Program-made: the position numbers and the translations under genes | In this document: positions 42,090-53,479 of the stretch, piece by piece | Numbering within the stretch: the stretch's first letter is position 1 | Layout of the letters: the number at the start of each line of letters is the position of its first letter | Notes under the pieces: generated by a model | Database searches by the model: none | What the model was told of the DNA's origin: nothing | Seen by the model: only the letters and a program-made list of their open reading frames with translations | NCBI RefSeq assembly: GCF_009914755.1 | Contig: NC_060946.1 | From: the human T2T-CHM13v2.0 reference genome, Homo sapiens | Reading direction: 5' to 3' (one strand) | DNA length: 64,000 bases

Positions 42090-42440
42090 CCAAGAGTTGG
42101 CCAGCTTTTTCTGCAAAGAACCAATTAGTAAATATTTTAGGCTTTGTGGACTACATATATTTATTTTCTTGAGACAGGGTCTGGCTCTGTTTCCCAGGCT
42201 GGAGTGCAGTTGTGTGATCATGGTTGTGTGATCACTGCAGCCTCGACTTTCTGGGCTCTAGTGATCCTCCCACCTCAGCCTCTCTACTAGCTGGGACCAC
42301 AGGTGTGCAACATCACACCCAGCTAATTGTCACTATGGACTGTAAAGTGAATAAGCATGGCTGTGTTCCAGGATACTTGACTTACAAAAACAGTCAGTGG
42401 GCTGGATTTGGCCCACAGGTGCTTATTTGCTGACCTTTGT
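42090..42440. mobile_element. MER58-like element interrupted by a partial antisense AluJ (~42160-42328)
   Basis: MER58-like ends flanking an Alu arm. Confidence 0.6.
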
Positions 42441-43404
42441 GCTAAAAGGAAGGTGCTGCTAATGCATTGACTCTTATATGTAAAAGTGTCCTGCATGGGT
42501 GACATTATCTTTCCTTTGAGAAAAGGATATATTTGAGTATTCACCTCACCATATTTTTCCACAGTGACTTCATATAATTTTAAAAACTTCATTTATAAAA
42601 TAAGATTATTTTCTGCATTTCTCTCTCTTTATTCCTGTTAATAGAACTCAGTATTTTACTGTGATCAATTACTTTGTATATTTGATGAGTGTCAACTGTC
42701 CTAGAATTGGCTGATTTTTATCAAGCAAGAAATATTCTCGTTGAGACCTTTAGTATTTCTTGGTCTTTATGTATAAGCATGAATGAACAAAATGATAATC
42801 AGCTTATGTAATCTAGAAATGTTCTAGGGGCCTTTAAAACCTTGGTCTGGCATTTAATGCCACATGTGTATAATTTTTATAACCTTTGAAATATATAATT
42901 GTTACATAGCATTTGAAACCTCCACCTGTTATGTAAAATTTGGAAACTATTTCTTGTCTATCACTTTTCCATGACTGTGGATGAAAATTACATCATTCTC
43001 AGTCGTGAGTGTTAAGTATGTTGTCCTTTAAGTAACTGTCTACACTCACGAACTCAAATTTTCTTTCCATTCACTCTTGATCTCAATGCCAGTAAGTCTT
43101 CAATTTCAGCACTCCTCCAGAGTTGTTTTTCTCAAGGTTATCACTACTTTTTTCTGTAAATAAATCTATGCATTTTTTCTTACACCTCATTTTATTTAAT
43201 CTGTCAGCAATATTTGAGCCAATGGAGGGCATCTTCTCCCTAACGGCGTCTTCACTTGGCTTTCAGGACCTCACTCCCTCAGGCTTTTACTCCTGCCTTT
43301 CTAGTCCATTCATCACGGTCTGTTTTGCTTGCTCCTCCTCATCTTTCTCCTTTTGGACATTGCTGTTTCTCATGGCTCAGTCCTCAATCTTCTTTCTCAT
43401 GACA

Positions 43405-43699
43405 TTTTTTTTTTTTTAAGATGAAGTCTGGCTTTGTCCCCTAGGCTGGTGTTCATTGGCACGATCTTGGCTCATTGCAACCTCTGCCTCCTGGCTTCCA
43501 GCGCTTCTCCTGCCTCAGCCTCCTGAGTAGCTGGGATTACAGGTGTGTGACACCATACCTGGCTAATTTTTGTATTTTTAGTAGTGACAGGGTTTCCCCA
43601 TGTTGGCCAGGCTGGTCTCAAACTCCTGATGTCAGGTGATCTGCCCGCCTTGGCCTCACGAAGTGTTGGGATTACAGGCATGAGCCACAGTGCCTGGCC
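43405..43699 (-). mobile_element. AluS-like inserted in an L2-like remnant (~43050-45160)
   Basis: Antisense Alu; flanks show L2-like motifs ending aataaata...aatgaatgaatg. Confidence 0.88.
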
Positions 43700-44543
43700 C
43701 TTCATGACTTTTTCTACTGTATATATGCTAGTGATTTCCAAATGCATGTCTCCAACTCAGATCTCACTCCTTAATTCCAGATCTCTGTATCAGCCTGGCT
43801 ACTTGACAGGCCTAGCCTATCAGACGTAGCTACCTAATAAATAGTTATTTGATTAGCTGTTGAGTATCACACACTTGTCAGATCCAAAATTGGGCTACTG
43901 ATGGCCTTCCTGAAATCTACACCTCATGTAGTCTTTCCTACTTTGGTTAATGGCAACTCTTCCAGTTGCTCTGCCAAAAACCTCGGTGTCATTCTAGACT
44001 CATCTTTCTCTCTCTCTTGACACTTCACATCTAATCTCTCAGTAAATCTCGTCAGGTCTACCTGAAGAATATGTCCAGAAGCCAGTCATATCTTGTACAT
44101 GTGAGCCACCATCATCTGCCATCTAGATGAGTGTCATAGACTGGGAATTGATAGTCCTGGTTTTTAAAAACTTCCCCTTTCATCAATTCTTAACTCAGTG
44201 GATGTATTTAAAACATAAGTCAAATTGTGTCATTCCCCTGCCCCAGCCCTTCTGATTGCCTCCCATTTCACGCTAAGTATGTGTCAGAGTTCCTCCTAAT
44301 AACTAAAAGGCAGTCAACCATCTGGCATGTTATCTCTCCTGCTTAAACTTCTGTTTCTTATCTCTTTTGCTCTGTTTCAGCCACACTGAACTTCTTGCTA
44401 TTCCTTACCTATCTCTAGTGCTTAAAAACTCCAGTCACACCTCTGCACTTAGCAGTTCCCCATGTCTGGAATGCTTTTTCCCCAGATATTCTTCTAGCTT
44501 ACTGTTTCCATTACTTCAGTTTTTTACTTAAAATCCCCTTTCT

Positions 44544-44890
44544 AAGAAGAAGAAAAAGGGTAAAAAGAAACACATTAAGGAATAACCACTTTCGGAGGAA
44601 GAACCATGTACCAGCACAATTCCTAGTCCAGAGAAAAATGAAGAAAAAGAAAAAGAGATAACGAGGACTAACAGAAAGGAATTACGATTGTATCACCAGG
44701 ACGCATCAGGCTTAAGATTCAATTGGGAGCATACCAGGGATTCTCTCTAACGTAATTGAGGGAAGGTTCAATGAAACAGTGATTTATCATCTCTAACTTC
44801 AAACCTATTTGTGTCTTGACATCAACTCTGTTAACATCATCATTTTTTAGAGTCTTTGATGTACAAATAAAAGTTTCTTTGTGTTAAAGA
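44544..44890 (+). pseudogene. NOP58 pseudogene: 5'-truncated NOP58 processed pseudogene (C-terminal tail and 3' UTR)
   Basis: KKKKKGKKKHIKE*PLSEEEPCTST...NED* resembles the NOP58 C-terminus; AATAAA 44866-44871; TSD aaaatcc(c/t)ctttct at 44530-44543 and 44891-44904. Confidence 0.8.
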
Positions 44891-45415
44891 AAAATCCTCT
44901 TTCTCATCAGGGACTTTTCTGGCCATCCCAACTTTCCCACGACCCTTCCCATCAAACAGGTAAACATTTCATTTTCCTGCTTTAGTTTTTCTCCTCTAAT
45001 GTACTGTATATTTTGCCTTATCTGTCTGTTGTTATTGTGTGTTTATCTCACTCTCATGAATAGGGTTTTTATTGTTCATTACCATATCCTTACTTCTTAG
45101 AAAAAGGCCTAGCCTATCAGACGTAGCTACCTAATAAATAAGTATTAAATGAATGAATGGAGTTTATCCTGGCTATATTGTTTGATTGATTCTCACTTAA
45201 AAAGTGTTTGACAGAGTTCATTTTAACAATTTTGCCTGGTAATTATATGTATTTTTAAAATTCTTTTGGCTTTTTATAATCTACATTCTTTATGTTAATA
45301 TTTTTTCACTTAGGGAGAAAAGTCCAATATTGTGGTTATTCACTATTCTTTTACTGGTAATCATGATAATTGCAATTATGGTAAAATGAGTCAGAGGAAT
45401 TGCAAACTTTACTGG

Positions 45416-45715
45416 TATTTTATTTATTTAGAGATAGAGTCTCGCTCTGTCACCCAGGCTGCAGTGCAGTGGCGTGACCTCGGCTCACTGCAACCTCCGC
45501 CTCCTGGGTTCAAGTGATTCTCCTGCCTCAGCCACCTGAGGAGATGGGATTACAGGCGCGTGCCATGATGCCCGGCTAATTTTCGTATTTTTAGTAGAGA
45601 CGGGGTTTCACCCTGTTGGTCAGGCTGGTCTCGAACTCCTGACCTCAGGCAATCCACCCGCCTTATCCTCACAAAGTGCTGGGTGGATTACAGGCGTAAG
45701 CCACCATGTCCGGCC
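45416..45715 (-). mobile_element. AluS-like with TSD act(g/a)gtattttattt
   Basis: Antisense Alu; TSD on both sides. Confidence 0.92.
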
Positions 45716-46621
45716 ACTAGTATTTTATTTAAAAAAATATTAGGGTGGTAAATGTAATGGACTCACAAATTGTTTCCAAGGGATTATAGACCTTTGGTAT
45801 TTGAAATAAAAAGACAGTTGGAATCTTTTGCTTCGGATAGTAAGACTATACTGGTCAGGCACTGTCTATTCTGATGAAGCAGCTGTTGCTGCTTGGCTGT
45901 CTTTCAGAAGCAAGCTGCTCACATTGATATTGGTTGGTGAGCAAAGCCAGTGGTCATTGATCGATTGACTAGATTTTGAACTGGCTCTGGGTGGCTTCTT
46001 GTTACCATGGCTACAGGTCAATTCTTTCCTAAGTTTGAGTCAACTTTAAACAGAAATTTTCTGTTCAAAAGTTGCCTTCCATTAACTATGTTCAAAATGA
46101 AACTTTTTAATATTTCAGAATTGTGGATTTAAAGTTTTGGTTATGATGACTTGGTTAATAATAGCTCTCACGGAGATTTTTTTTTGATACATCGTCTTAA
46201 CCAGAAGAGTTCTCTGTATAATTTATTTCTTAAAAATAATTGTTTTGTGTTTGTTTTGGGTATTTTTAGAAGCTTTTGCTCAAGTCCTAACATAATCTCC
46301 AGTAGGAGATTTTAGTCTGTCAGTTCATGTATGTATATGATAGTCATATTGTCATATTGTCTTTTTAAATTCCTTTTTATGTTCACTTTTTTCTCTGTAC
46401 AATAATAGTGATGTTGTTATACATTTTTATCTCATTAAAAAGTAGTTACAATATTCTGCTGGCAAATCTAGCTTTTTATATATTTTGACTGAATAGGTTA
46501 AAAGTGAAAAAAATTTATCAGATCATTCTATTTTCAAACAAAATCATCACTAATAAAAATTATTATTTTGAATTATAAATAATGACATTTAGATATTTTA
46601 AAAATAAGGATACCCCCCCAC

Positions 46622-46978
46622 AATAGTTTGGCTTTGTGTTTCTATGCAAATCTCATGTCAAATTGTAATTCCCAGGTGTTGAGGAAAGACCAGCTGGGAG
46701 GTGATTGGCTCATGGGGTCGGTTTCCTCCGTGCTGTTCTTGTGATAGTGAGTGAGTTCTCACAAGAGCTGACGGTTTCATAAGGGGCTCTTTCCCCTTCC
46801 ATTCTCTCTCTCCTGCCGCCTTATGAAGAAGGTTCCTGGTTCCCCTTCACGTTCTACCATGGTTGTTAAGTTTCCTGAGGCCTCCCCAGCCATGCATAAC
46901 TGTGAATCAATTAATCCTCTTTCCTTTATGAATTATCCAGTCTCAGGTATGTATGTGTATGAATTACCCAGTCTCGGG
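46622..46978. mobile_element. MaLR solo LTR (THE1/MST-like)
   Basis: gtttggctttgtg...aaatctcatg...gtgatagtgagtgagttctc...aattacccagtctc. Confidence 0.85.
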
Positions 46979-47049
46979 TATGTACATACGTATATGTGTG
47001 AGTGTATATACACACATACGTATATGTGATATATATATGTGATGTGAGA

Positions 47050-48668
47050 TATATATATTTTTATATATCTCCATTTTCTTTATTCCATTCATCAGTTCAT
47101 GGACACTGGCTGATTCCATATCTTTGCATATTGTGAATTGTGCTGCAGTAAACATATGTGTGCGGGTGTCTTTGTGAGAGTACGATTTCTTTTATTTTGT
47201 GTAGCTATCCAGAAATGAGAATGCTGGATAAAATGGTAGGATCTATTTTTAGTTCTTTGAGAACTCTCCATACTGTTGTCCATAGATTTGTATGAATTTG
47301 CATTCCCACCAGCAGTGTATCACTGTTCTCCTTTCACCACATCCACACCAACATCTGTTGTTTTTTGTTTTCTAATAGTGGCCATTCTGGCTGCAGCGAG
47401 GTGATATCTCACTGTCATTTTATTGTGCATTTTCCTGATGATTCGAGATATTTCGCATGTTTTTATATGCTTGTTTACCGTTTGTACATCTTCTTTTGAG
47501 AAATGGCTATTCATGTAATTTGGCCACATTCTAATGGAAATATTTGTGTTTTTCCTGTTGATTTGTTTGAGTTTCTTGTAGGTTATAGATACTAGTCCTT
47601 TGTTAGATTCATAATTTTCAAATTTTCTTCCCATTGTATAGGTTGTTGGTTTACTCTGATGATTATTTCTTTTGCTGTGCTGAAGGTTTTTAGTTTAATT
47701 AGGTCTTATTTATTTTCATTTTTGTTGCATTGGCTTTAAGGTCTTCATCATAAATTCTTTGCCTAGGCCAATGTTTTCAGGTCTTAGGTTTGGGCCTTTC
47801 ATCCATCTTGAATTAATTTTTGTATATGTTGAGAGATAGAGATCCAGTTTCATTCCTCCACATGTGGCTCTCTTTTTTTCCCAGCACTATTTACTGAATA
47901 ACCTGTACTTTCTCCAGTGTATGTTTTTGTATGCTTGCTCAGAGATCACTTGGTTGTAGCGGCTTTATTTCTGAGTTGTCTGTTCTGTTCCGTTGATCTA
48001 TGTATCTGTTTTTATACCAGTACCACGCTGTTTCTGTTACTGTGGCCTTAGAGTATAATTTGAAGTCAGGTAACGTGATGCCAACATATTTGTTCCTTTT
48101 GCTTGGTATGTCTGTTGCTATTCAGGCTCTTTTGTGGTCCTACATGAATGTCAGCATTTTAAAATAATTCTGTGAAGAATGACATTGGTACTTTGGTAGG
48201 AATTGTATCGACTATGTAGACTGCTTTGGGCACTGTGGTCATTTTCACTATATCAGTTCTTTCAGTCCATGAACATAGGATGTATTTTCATTTGTTTGTG
48301 TCATCTGTTATTTTCTTTGGTGGTGTTTTCCAGTTATCTTTATATAGATCACTCACCTTTTTCATTGAGCATATTCCTAGGTATTTCACACTTTTTTGCA
48401 GCCACTGTAAAAGGGATTGGATTGTTGATATGAACTCTCAGCTTGGTCGTAGTTGGTGTGTAGTGGTGCTACTGATTGGTATTCATTCATTTTGTAACCT
48501 CTGAGACTTTACTGAATTCATTTATCAAATCTAGGAGTGTTTTGTAGGAATCTTCAGGGTTTTCTAGGTATAAGGTAATATCATTGGTGAAGAGATAGTT
48601 TGACTTCCTCTTTTCCAATTTGGATGCCCTTTATTTCTCTTGCCCAATTGCTTTGCCTAGGACTTCCC
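47050..48668 (-). mobile_element. L1 (L1PB/L1MA-type) ORF2 3' part, antisense
   Basis: Minus-strand ORF 47320..47634 is degenerate L1 ORF2 C-terminus. Confidence 0.88.
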
Positions 48669-48911
48669 AGTTTTATTCTTAATATGCATGAAATAAAAGT
48701 AAAATGGAAAATGCTTAATGATGAGTTTATTTCACATCTCTCTCTCATACACAGATAAAATTAATTCAAAGTCCTATGTTAAAAACATAATATTAGACCC
48801 TGTCTTGTTCTAAAAGGAATTTCTAAGTTGTTTATAAAATACATAGGAATCAAGAATATAAGTGGAAAATGTTTCCAAAAAATAAACACAAAAAGTATGA
48901 GTTATAGGCCA

Positions 48912-49410
48912 TAGACCAGTACCAGTCCCTGGCCTGTTAGGACCTGGGCCACACAGCAGGAAGTTAGAGGCAGGTGAGCAAGCAAAGCTTCATCTGTTTG
49001 CAGCCACTCTCTGTCGCTCGCATTACCACCCGAGCTGCTCCTCCTGTCAGATCAGCGGTGGCATTAGATCGTCCTAAGAGTGTGACCTGAACCCTGTTGT
49101 AAGTTGCTCATGCAGGGGATATAGGTTGTTCACTCCTTATGTGAATCAAATGCCTTTATGATCTGTCACCATCTCCCATCACCCCCAGATGGGACCATCT
49201 AGTCGCAGGAAAGCAAGCTCAGGGCTCCCACTGATTCTACATTTTGGTGAGTTATATAATTATTTCATTATATATTAATAATAATAGAAATAAAGTGCAC
49301 AATGAATGTAATGTACTTGAATCATCCTGGAACCATCCCAAACCTCAGGTTCCTGGAAAAATTATCTTCCGCAAAACCAGTCCCTGGTGCCAGCATGGTT
49401 GGGGATACTC
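48912..49410 (-). mobile_element. MER1A-like DNA transposon
   Basis: Reverse-complement similarity to 32692-33218. Confidence 0.8.
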
Positions 49411-49556
49411 GGTTAACAGATGTGAGACCCCTTTGCCTTGTATTGGAATAATGTGCAGATATACATTGTGTGAATGACATCTGATGGCGCCATCTTGCCC
49501 TGTAGATCATTTTGGGGACACCTCCAGTATTTCATGAAAATTAATTTTTTTTCTAG

Positions 49557-49674
49557 TGATGAACAAAATGATACTCAGAAGCAACTTTCTGAAGAACAGA
49601 ACACTGGAATATTACAAGATGAGATTCTGATTCATGAAGAAAAGCAGATAGAAGTGGCTGAAAATGAATTCTGA
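49557..49674 (+). CDS. POTEG/POTEM/POTEH: POTE coding exon 10 ending at premature TGA (DEQNDTQKQ...IEVAENEF*)
   Basis: tctAG|t...TGA g|GTATTT; exons 1-10 sum to 1527 nt = 508 aa + stop. Confidence 0.93.
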
Positions 49675-51182
49675 GGTATTTAGTTATTTTCAAATGTTTT
49701 TATATGTGTATATATTTTTTAAAAACTATGTATTTTGGATATACAAAGGATTTTTAAGTCATATATATGTGTGTATATATTCTATATATCCTTTGTCATG
49801 TATCTATATCTGTACATATAGGAGAAAGCCATGTTCTTAATTCAACTCCATTTGCCTGCAACAGTCGAGTAGTGACCTTCACAATGGCCTCAATCCAAAG
49901 GAGAAGCATTTGATATTTTTCATAAGAATTGATGATCTTTCCATATCAAAACTAAGTTTTGCTACTAAAAACAAATTTTCTAGTTTTTGGACATTAGTTT
50001 TGTTAAAAAATGTTAATAGAGAAGTCAATTGATGGTTTTCACTGATAGGAAAGTAGGAAATGTATAGTTGGGTCAGAGGCCACATTGTGGATGTCATCAT
50101 CCTTACTTTTGTGGAGAGGAACACTTTGCTCCAAGTAATTTCTCATTTCAATATAAAGAGGTTTGAAAACAATGACATGCCATGATATACATTTAGTGAT
50201 AATTTATTGATATGTATTTTGTTCCTAGAGAAATAGTTGAGTATATTTCCCCTATTTCACAGTTACTACTGTTTCAAACATTATAAAGAGGAAATAAAAG
50301 TTATCACAATGACAAATAATCTCATGATTTCTAAGAAAATCTCTATAAGTTGCATCTTACTTACCATTCATATTTTGAAACAAAAGGCTTCTTTTGTATT
50401 TATATATTTACACCACAGAAGTAACTGTGGTTTTGTGGAGGATCACTAGAAGTAGCATCAGCAGACCTGGGGAAAATCCTGCATCTTGTATATATTTTTT
50501 GACTTCTCCTTTTAAGAATCACGATCTTAAATGAGTTCAGTGTTGTATGTAGGAGTGCAATGCTTAGATACAGATGTGTACAGTGTAGAAGGGTACAGTG
50601 CTTAGATTTAAGTTATGAATAAATATAATTCTTATAACTGAGTATAAAAATATTAGAAATGTAGAATATTGGTAAAACGTTCTTCAGTAAAAGAAACTTA
50701 AAGAACTTTGAGAAATTGCTTCTGTCCAAATATATGCATAGCTAAGGCTCTTAGGATGGTGTGGTTGATAGGTTAGATATCAGAGTATAAACCTAATCTT
50801 AAAAATATAGTCAAATGTATTAATCTTATATTTTATGCCTCTGGGTTTTTTGTAACTCAGAGAAAGGCTTTTTTAATTCTGAGATTCTTAAAAATCCTCT
50901 AGTGATTTATTTTTCATAGTCTTTAAATAAATATTTAAACTTTTAGGAATTCAGGAGCAGATTCCTAAAAGTTTAAATCTTTATTTAAAGACTATGAAAA
51001 ATAAATCACTAGAGGAATTTACACTCTGCTAGGTTTGGAGTTTTGTCCAGTTTTTTCCAGTTAAATATCCACTATGGGGATTCTTTCATTATACAAATAC
51101 AGATGTTATTTTTTAATTTCAGAAGAAATCATGATATATCAATCTATTGAGTGCTAACTAAAAGTTCCCTTTGTTTACTTAG

Positions 51183-52508
51183 CTTTCTCTTAGTTATAAG
51201 AAAGAAAAAGACCTCTTGCATGAAAATAGTACGTTGCAGGAAGAAATTGTCATGCTAAGACTGGAACTAGACATAATGAAACATCAGAGCCAGCTAAGAG
51301 AAAAGAAATATTTGGAGGAAATTGAAAGTGTGGAAAAAAAGAATGATAATCTTTTAAAGGGTCTACAACTGAATGAGCTCACCATGGATGATGATACTGC
51401 CGTGCTCGTCATTGACAACGGCTCTGGCATGTGCAAGGCCGGCTTTGCAGGTGACGATGCCCCCCGGGCTGTCTTCCCTTCCATCGTGGGGTGCCCCAGG
51501 CACCAGAACATGATGGGGGGCATGCGTCAGATGGAGTCCTATGTGGGCAATGAGGCCCAGAGCAAGAGAGGCATCCTGACCCTGAAGTACCCCATGGAGC
51601 ACGGCATCATCACCAACTGGGAAGACATGGAGAAGATCTGGCACCACACCTTCTACAATGAGCTGCGTGTGGCTCCCGAGGAGCACCCCATCCTGCTGAC
51701 CGAGGCACCCCTGAACCCCAAGGCCAACCGTGAGAAGATGACCCAGATCATGTTTGAGACCTTCAACACCCCAGCCATGTACGTGGCCATCCAAGCCGTG
51801 CTGTCCTTGTACACCTCTGGCCGTACTACTGGCATTGTGATGGACTCTGGTGACGGGGTCACCCACACTGTGCCCATCTATGAGGGGAATGCCCTCCCCC
51901 ATGCCACCCTGCGCCTAGACCTGGCTGGCCGGGAACTGACTGACTACCTCATGAAGATCCTCACCGAGCGTGGCTATAGGTTCACCACCATGGCCGAGCA
52001 GGAAATCGTGCGTGACATCACAGAGAAGCTGTGCTATGTTGCCCTGGACTTCGAGCAGGAGATGGCCACAGCGGCCTCCAGCTCCTCCCTAGAGAACAGC
52101 TATGAGCTGCCCAACGGCCAGGTCATCACCATTAGCAACGAGCGGTTCCACTGCCCCGAGGTGCTCTTCCAGCCTTGCTTCCTGGGCATGGAATCCTGTG
52201 GCATCCACGAAACTGCCTTCAACTCTATCATGAAGTCTGATGTGGACATCCACAAAGACCTGTACACCAACACAGTGCTATCTGGTGGCACCACCATGTA
52301 CCCTGGCATTGCCCACAGGATGCAGAAGGAGATCGCTGCCCTGGCGCCTAGCACGATGAAGATCAAGATTGTTGCTCCTCCCAAGCGCAAGTACTCCGTG
52401 TGGGTCGGTGGCTCCATCCTGGCCTCGCTGTCCACCTTCCAGCAGATGTGGATCAGCAAGCAGGAGTATGAGTCAGGCCCCTCCATTGTCCACCGCAAAT
52501 GCTTCTAG
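51183..52508 (+). CDS. Terminal POTE exon with open ANKRD26-like (67 codons) + beta-actin-like (374 aa, ATG 51384) frame; out of frame with the canonical CDS, translation unproven
   Basis: cttAG|ctt tct ctt agt ([15 protein letters not shown]...[11 protein letters not shown]...HRKCF*); no stop for 441 codons. Confidence 0.7.
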   Translation, partial: LSLSYKKEKDLLHENSTLQEEIVMLRLELDIMKHQSQLREKKYLEEIESVEKKNDNLLKGLQLNELTMDDDTAVLVIDNGSGMCKAGFAGDDAPRAVFPSIVGCPRHQNMMGGMRQMESYVGNEAQSKRGILTLKYPMEHGIITNWEDMEKIWHHTFYNELRVAPEEHPILLTEAPLNPKANREKMTQIMFETFNTPAMYVAIQAVLSLYTSGRTTGIVMDSGDGVTHTVPIYEGNALPHATLRLDLAGRELTDYLMKILTERGYRFTTMAEQEIVRDITEKLCYVALDFEQEMATAASSSSLENSYELPNGQVITISNERFHCPEVLFQPCFLGMESCGIHETAFNSIMKSDVDIHKDLYTNTVLSGGTTMYPGIAHRMQKEIAALAPSTMKIKIVAPPKRKYSVWVGGSILASLSTFQQMWISKQEYESGPSIVHRKCF

Positions 52509-53103
52509 GTGGACGCTGACTTAGTTGCATTACACCCTTTCTTGACAAAACCAAACTTCGCAGAAAGCCACATGAGATTGGTATGGCTTTAATTGTTTTC
52601 TTATTTCATTTTTTGTTTTGTTTTTTATTGGCTTGACTCAGGATTTAAAAACTGGAATGGTGAAGGCGAGAGCAGTTGGTTGGAGTGAGCTTCCCCCAAA
52701 GTTCTACAATGTGGCTGAGGACTTTGATCGTACATTGTTTTTCTTTTCAATAGTCATTCCAAATATTGTGAGATGCATTGTTTCAGGAAGCCCCTTGCCC
52801 TTCTAAAAGCCACCCCACTTCTCTCTAAGGAGAATGGCCCAGTCCTCTCCCTAATTCACACAGGGGAGGTGATGGCATTGCTTTCATGCAAATTACGTAA
52901 TGCAAAATTTTTTGAATCTTTGCCTAAATACTTTTTAATTTTGTTTTATTTAGAATGATCAGCCTTCGCGGCCCCCCTTTTTTGTACCCCAACTTGGGGT
53001 GTATGAAGGCTTTTGGTCTCCCTGAGAGTGGCTGGAGGCAGCCAGGGCTTACCTGTACTCTGACTTAAGGAGAGTTGGAAAAAAGTGCACACCTTAAAAA
53101 AAA
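51378..53103 (+). pseudogene. ACTB retrocopy: ACTB retrocopy (end of 5' UTR, CDS, 3' UTR, short poly(A)) inserted in the POTE terminal exon
   Basis: ctcaccATGGATGATGAT start; intronless actin; ACTB-like 3' UTR ending agtgcacaccttaaaaaaaa; AATGAG on both flanks (51372-51377, 53107-53112). Confidence 0.95.
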
Positions 53104-53106
53104 TTC

Positions 53107-53479
53107 AATGAGGAAGCATTAACAAAAACAGTATTTCTGTACAGTGGACAGCTTAGCATGTTGACAACTGAGAATAAAATGCTCAGTTCTGAACTGGACA
53201 ATGTAAGACACAACGACGAAACACTGGAAATGGAAATTCAATTACATCATTGTAGACTGGCTACTGCTCTACATGATTGTGACCAAAGTCAGAGAGCTGA
53301 AAGAGACTTCTTTCCAGAGAACAAGACATGAACAGGTTTATTTACAGAAGACAATGAATTCTCATTTGTCTAACCTAAAAGATTACAGAATCTTTCTCAA
53401 CAAATCTAATGTAGACAGTAAAATCAACAGGCTAAAAATTAAGTTCCATGAAACAAGATAAAACTCTGAGAGAAAAGAT
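53107..53479 (+). pseudogene. Orphaned remainder of the ancestral ANKRD26-like coiled-coil exon
   Basis: [30 protein letters not shown]...[13 protein letters not shown] / SFQRTRHE...MNSHLSNLKD...KFHETR; frameshifted, with stops. Confidence 0.85.

Noticed and set aside
51363-52498. Antisense ORFs within actin
   Set aside because: Codon-bias shadows of the actin frame
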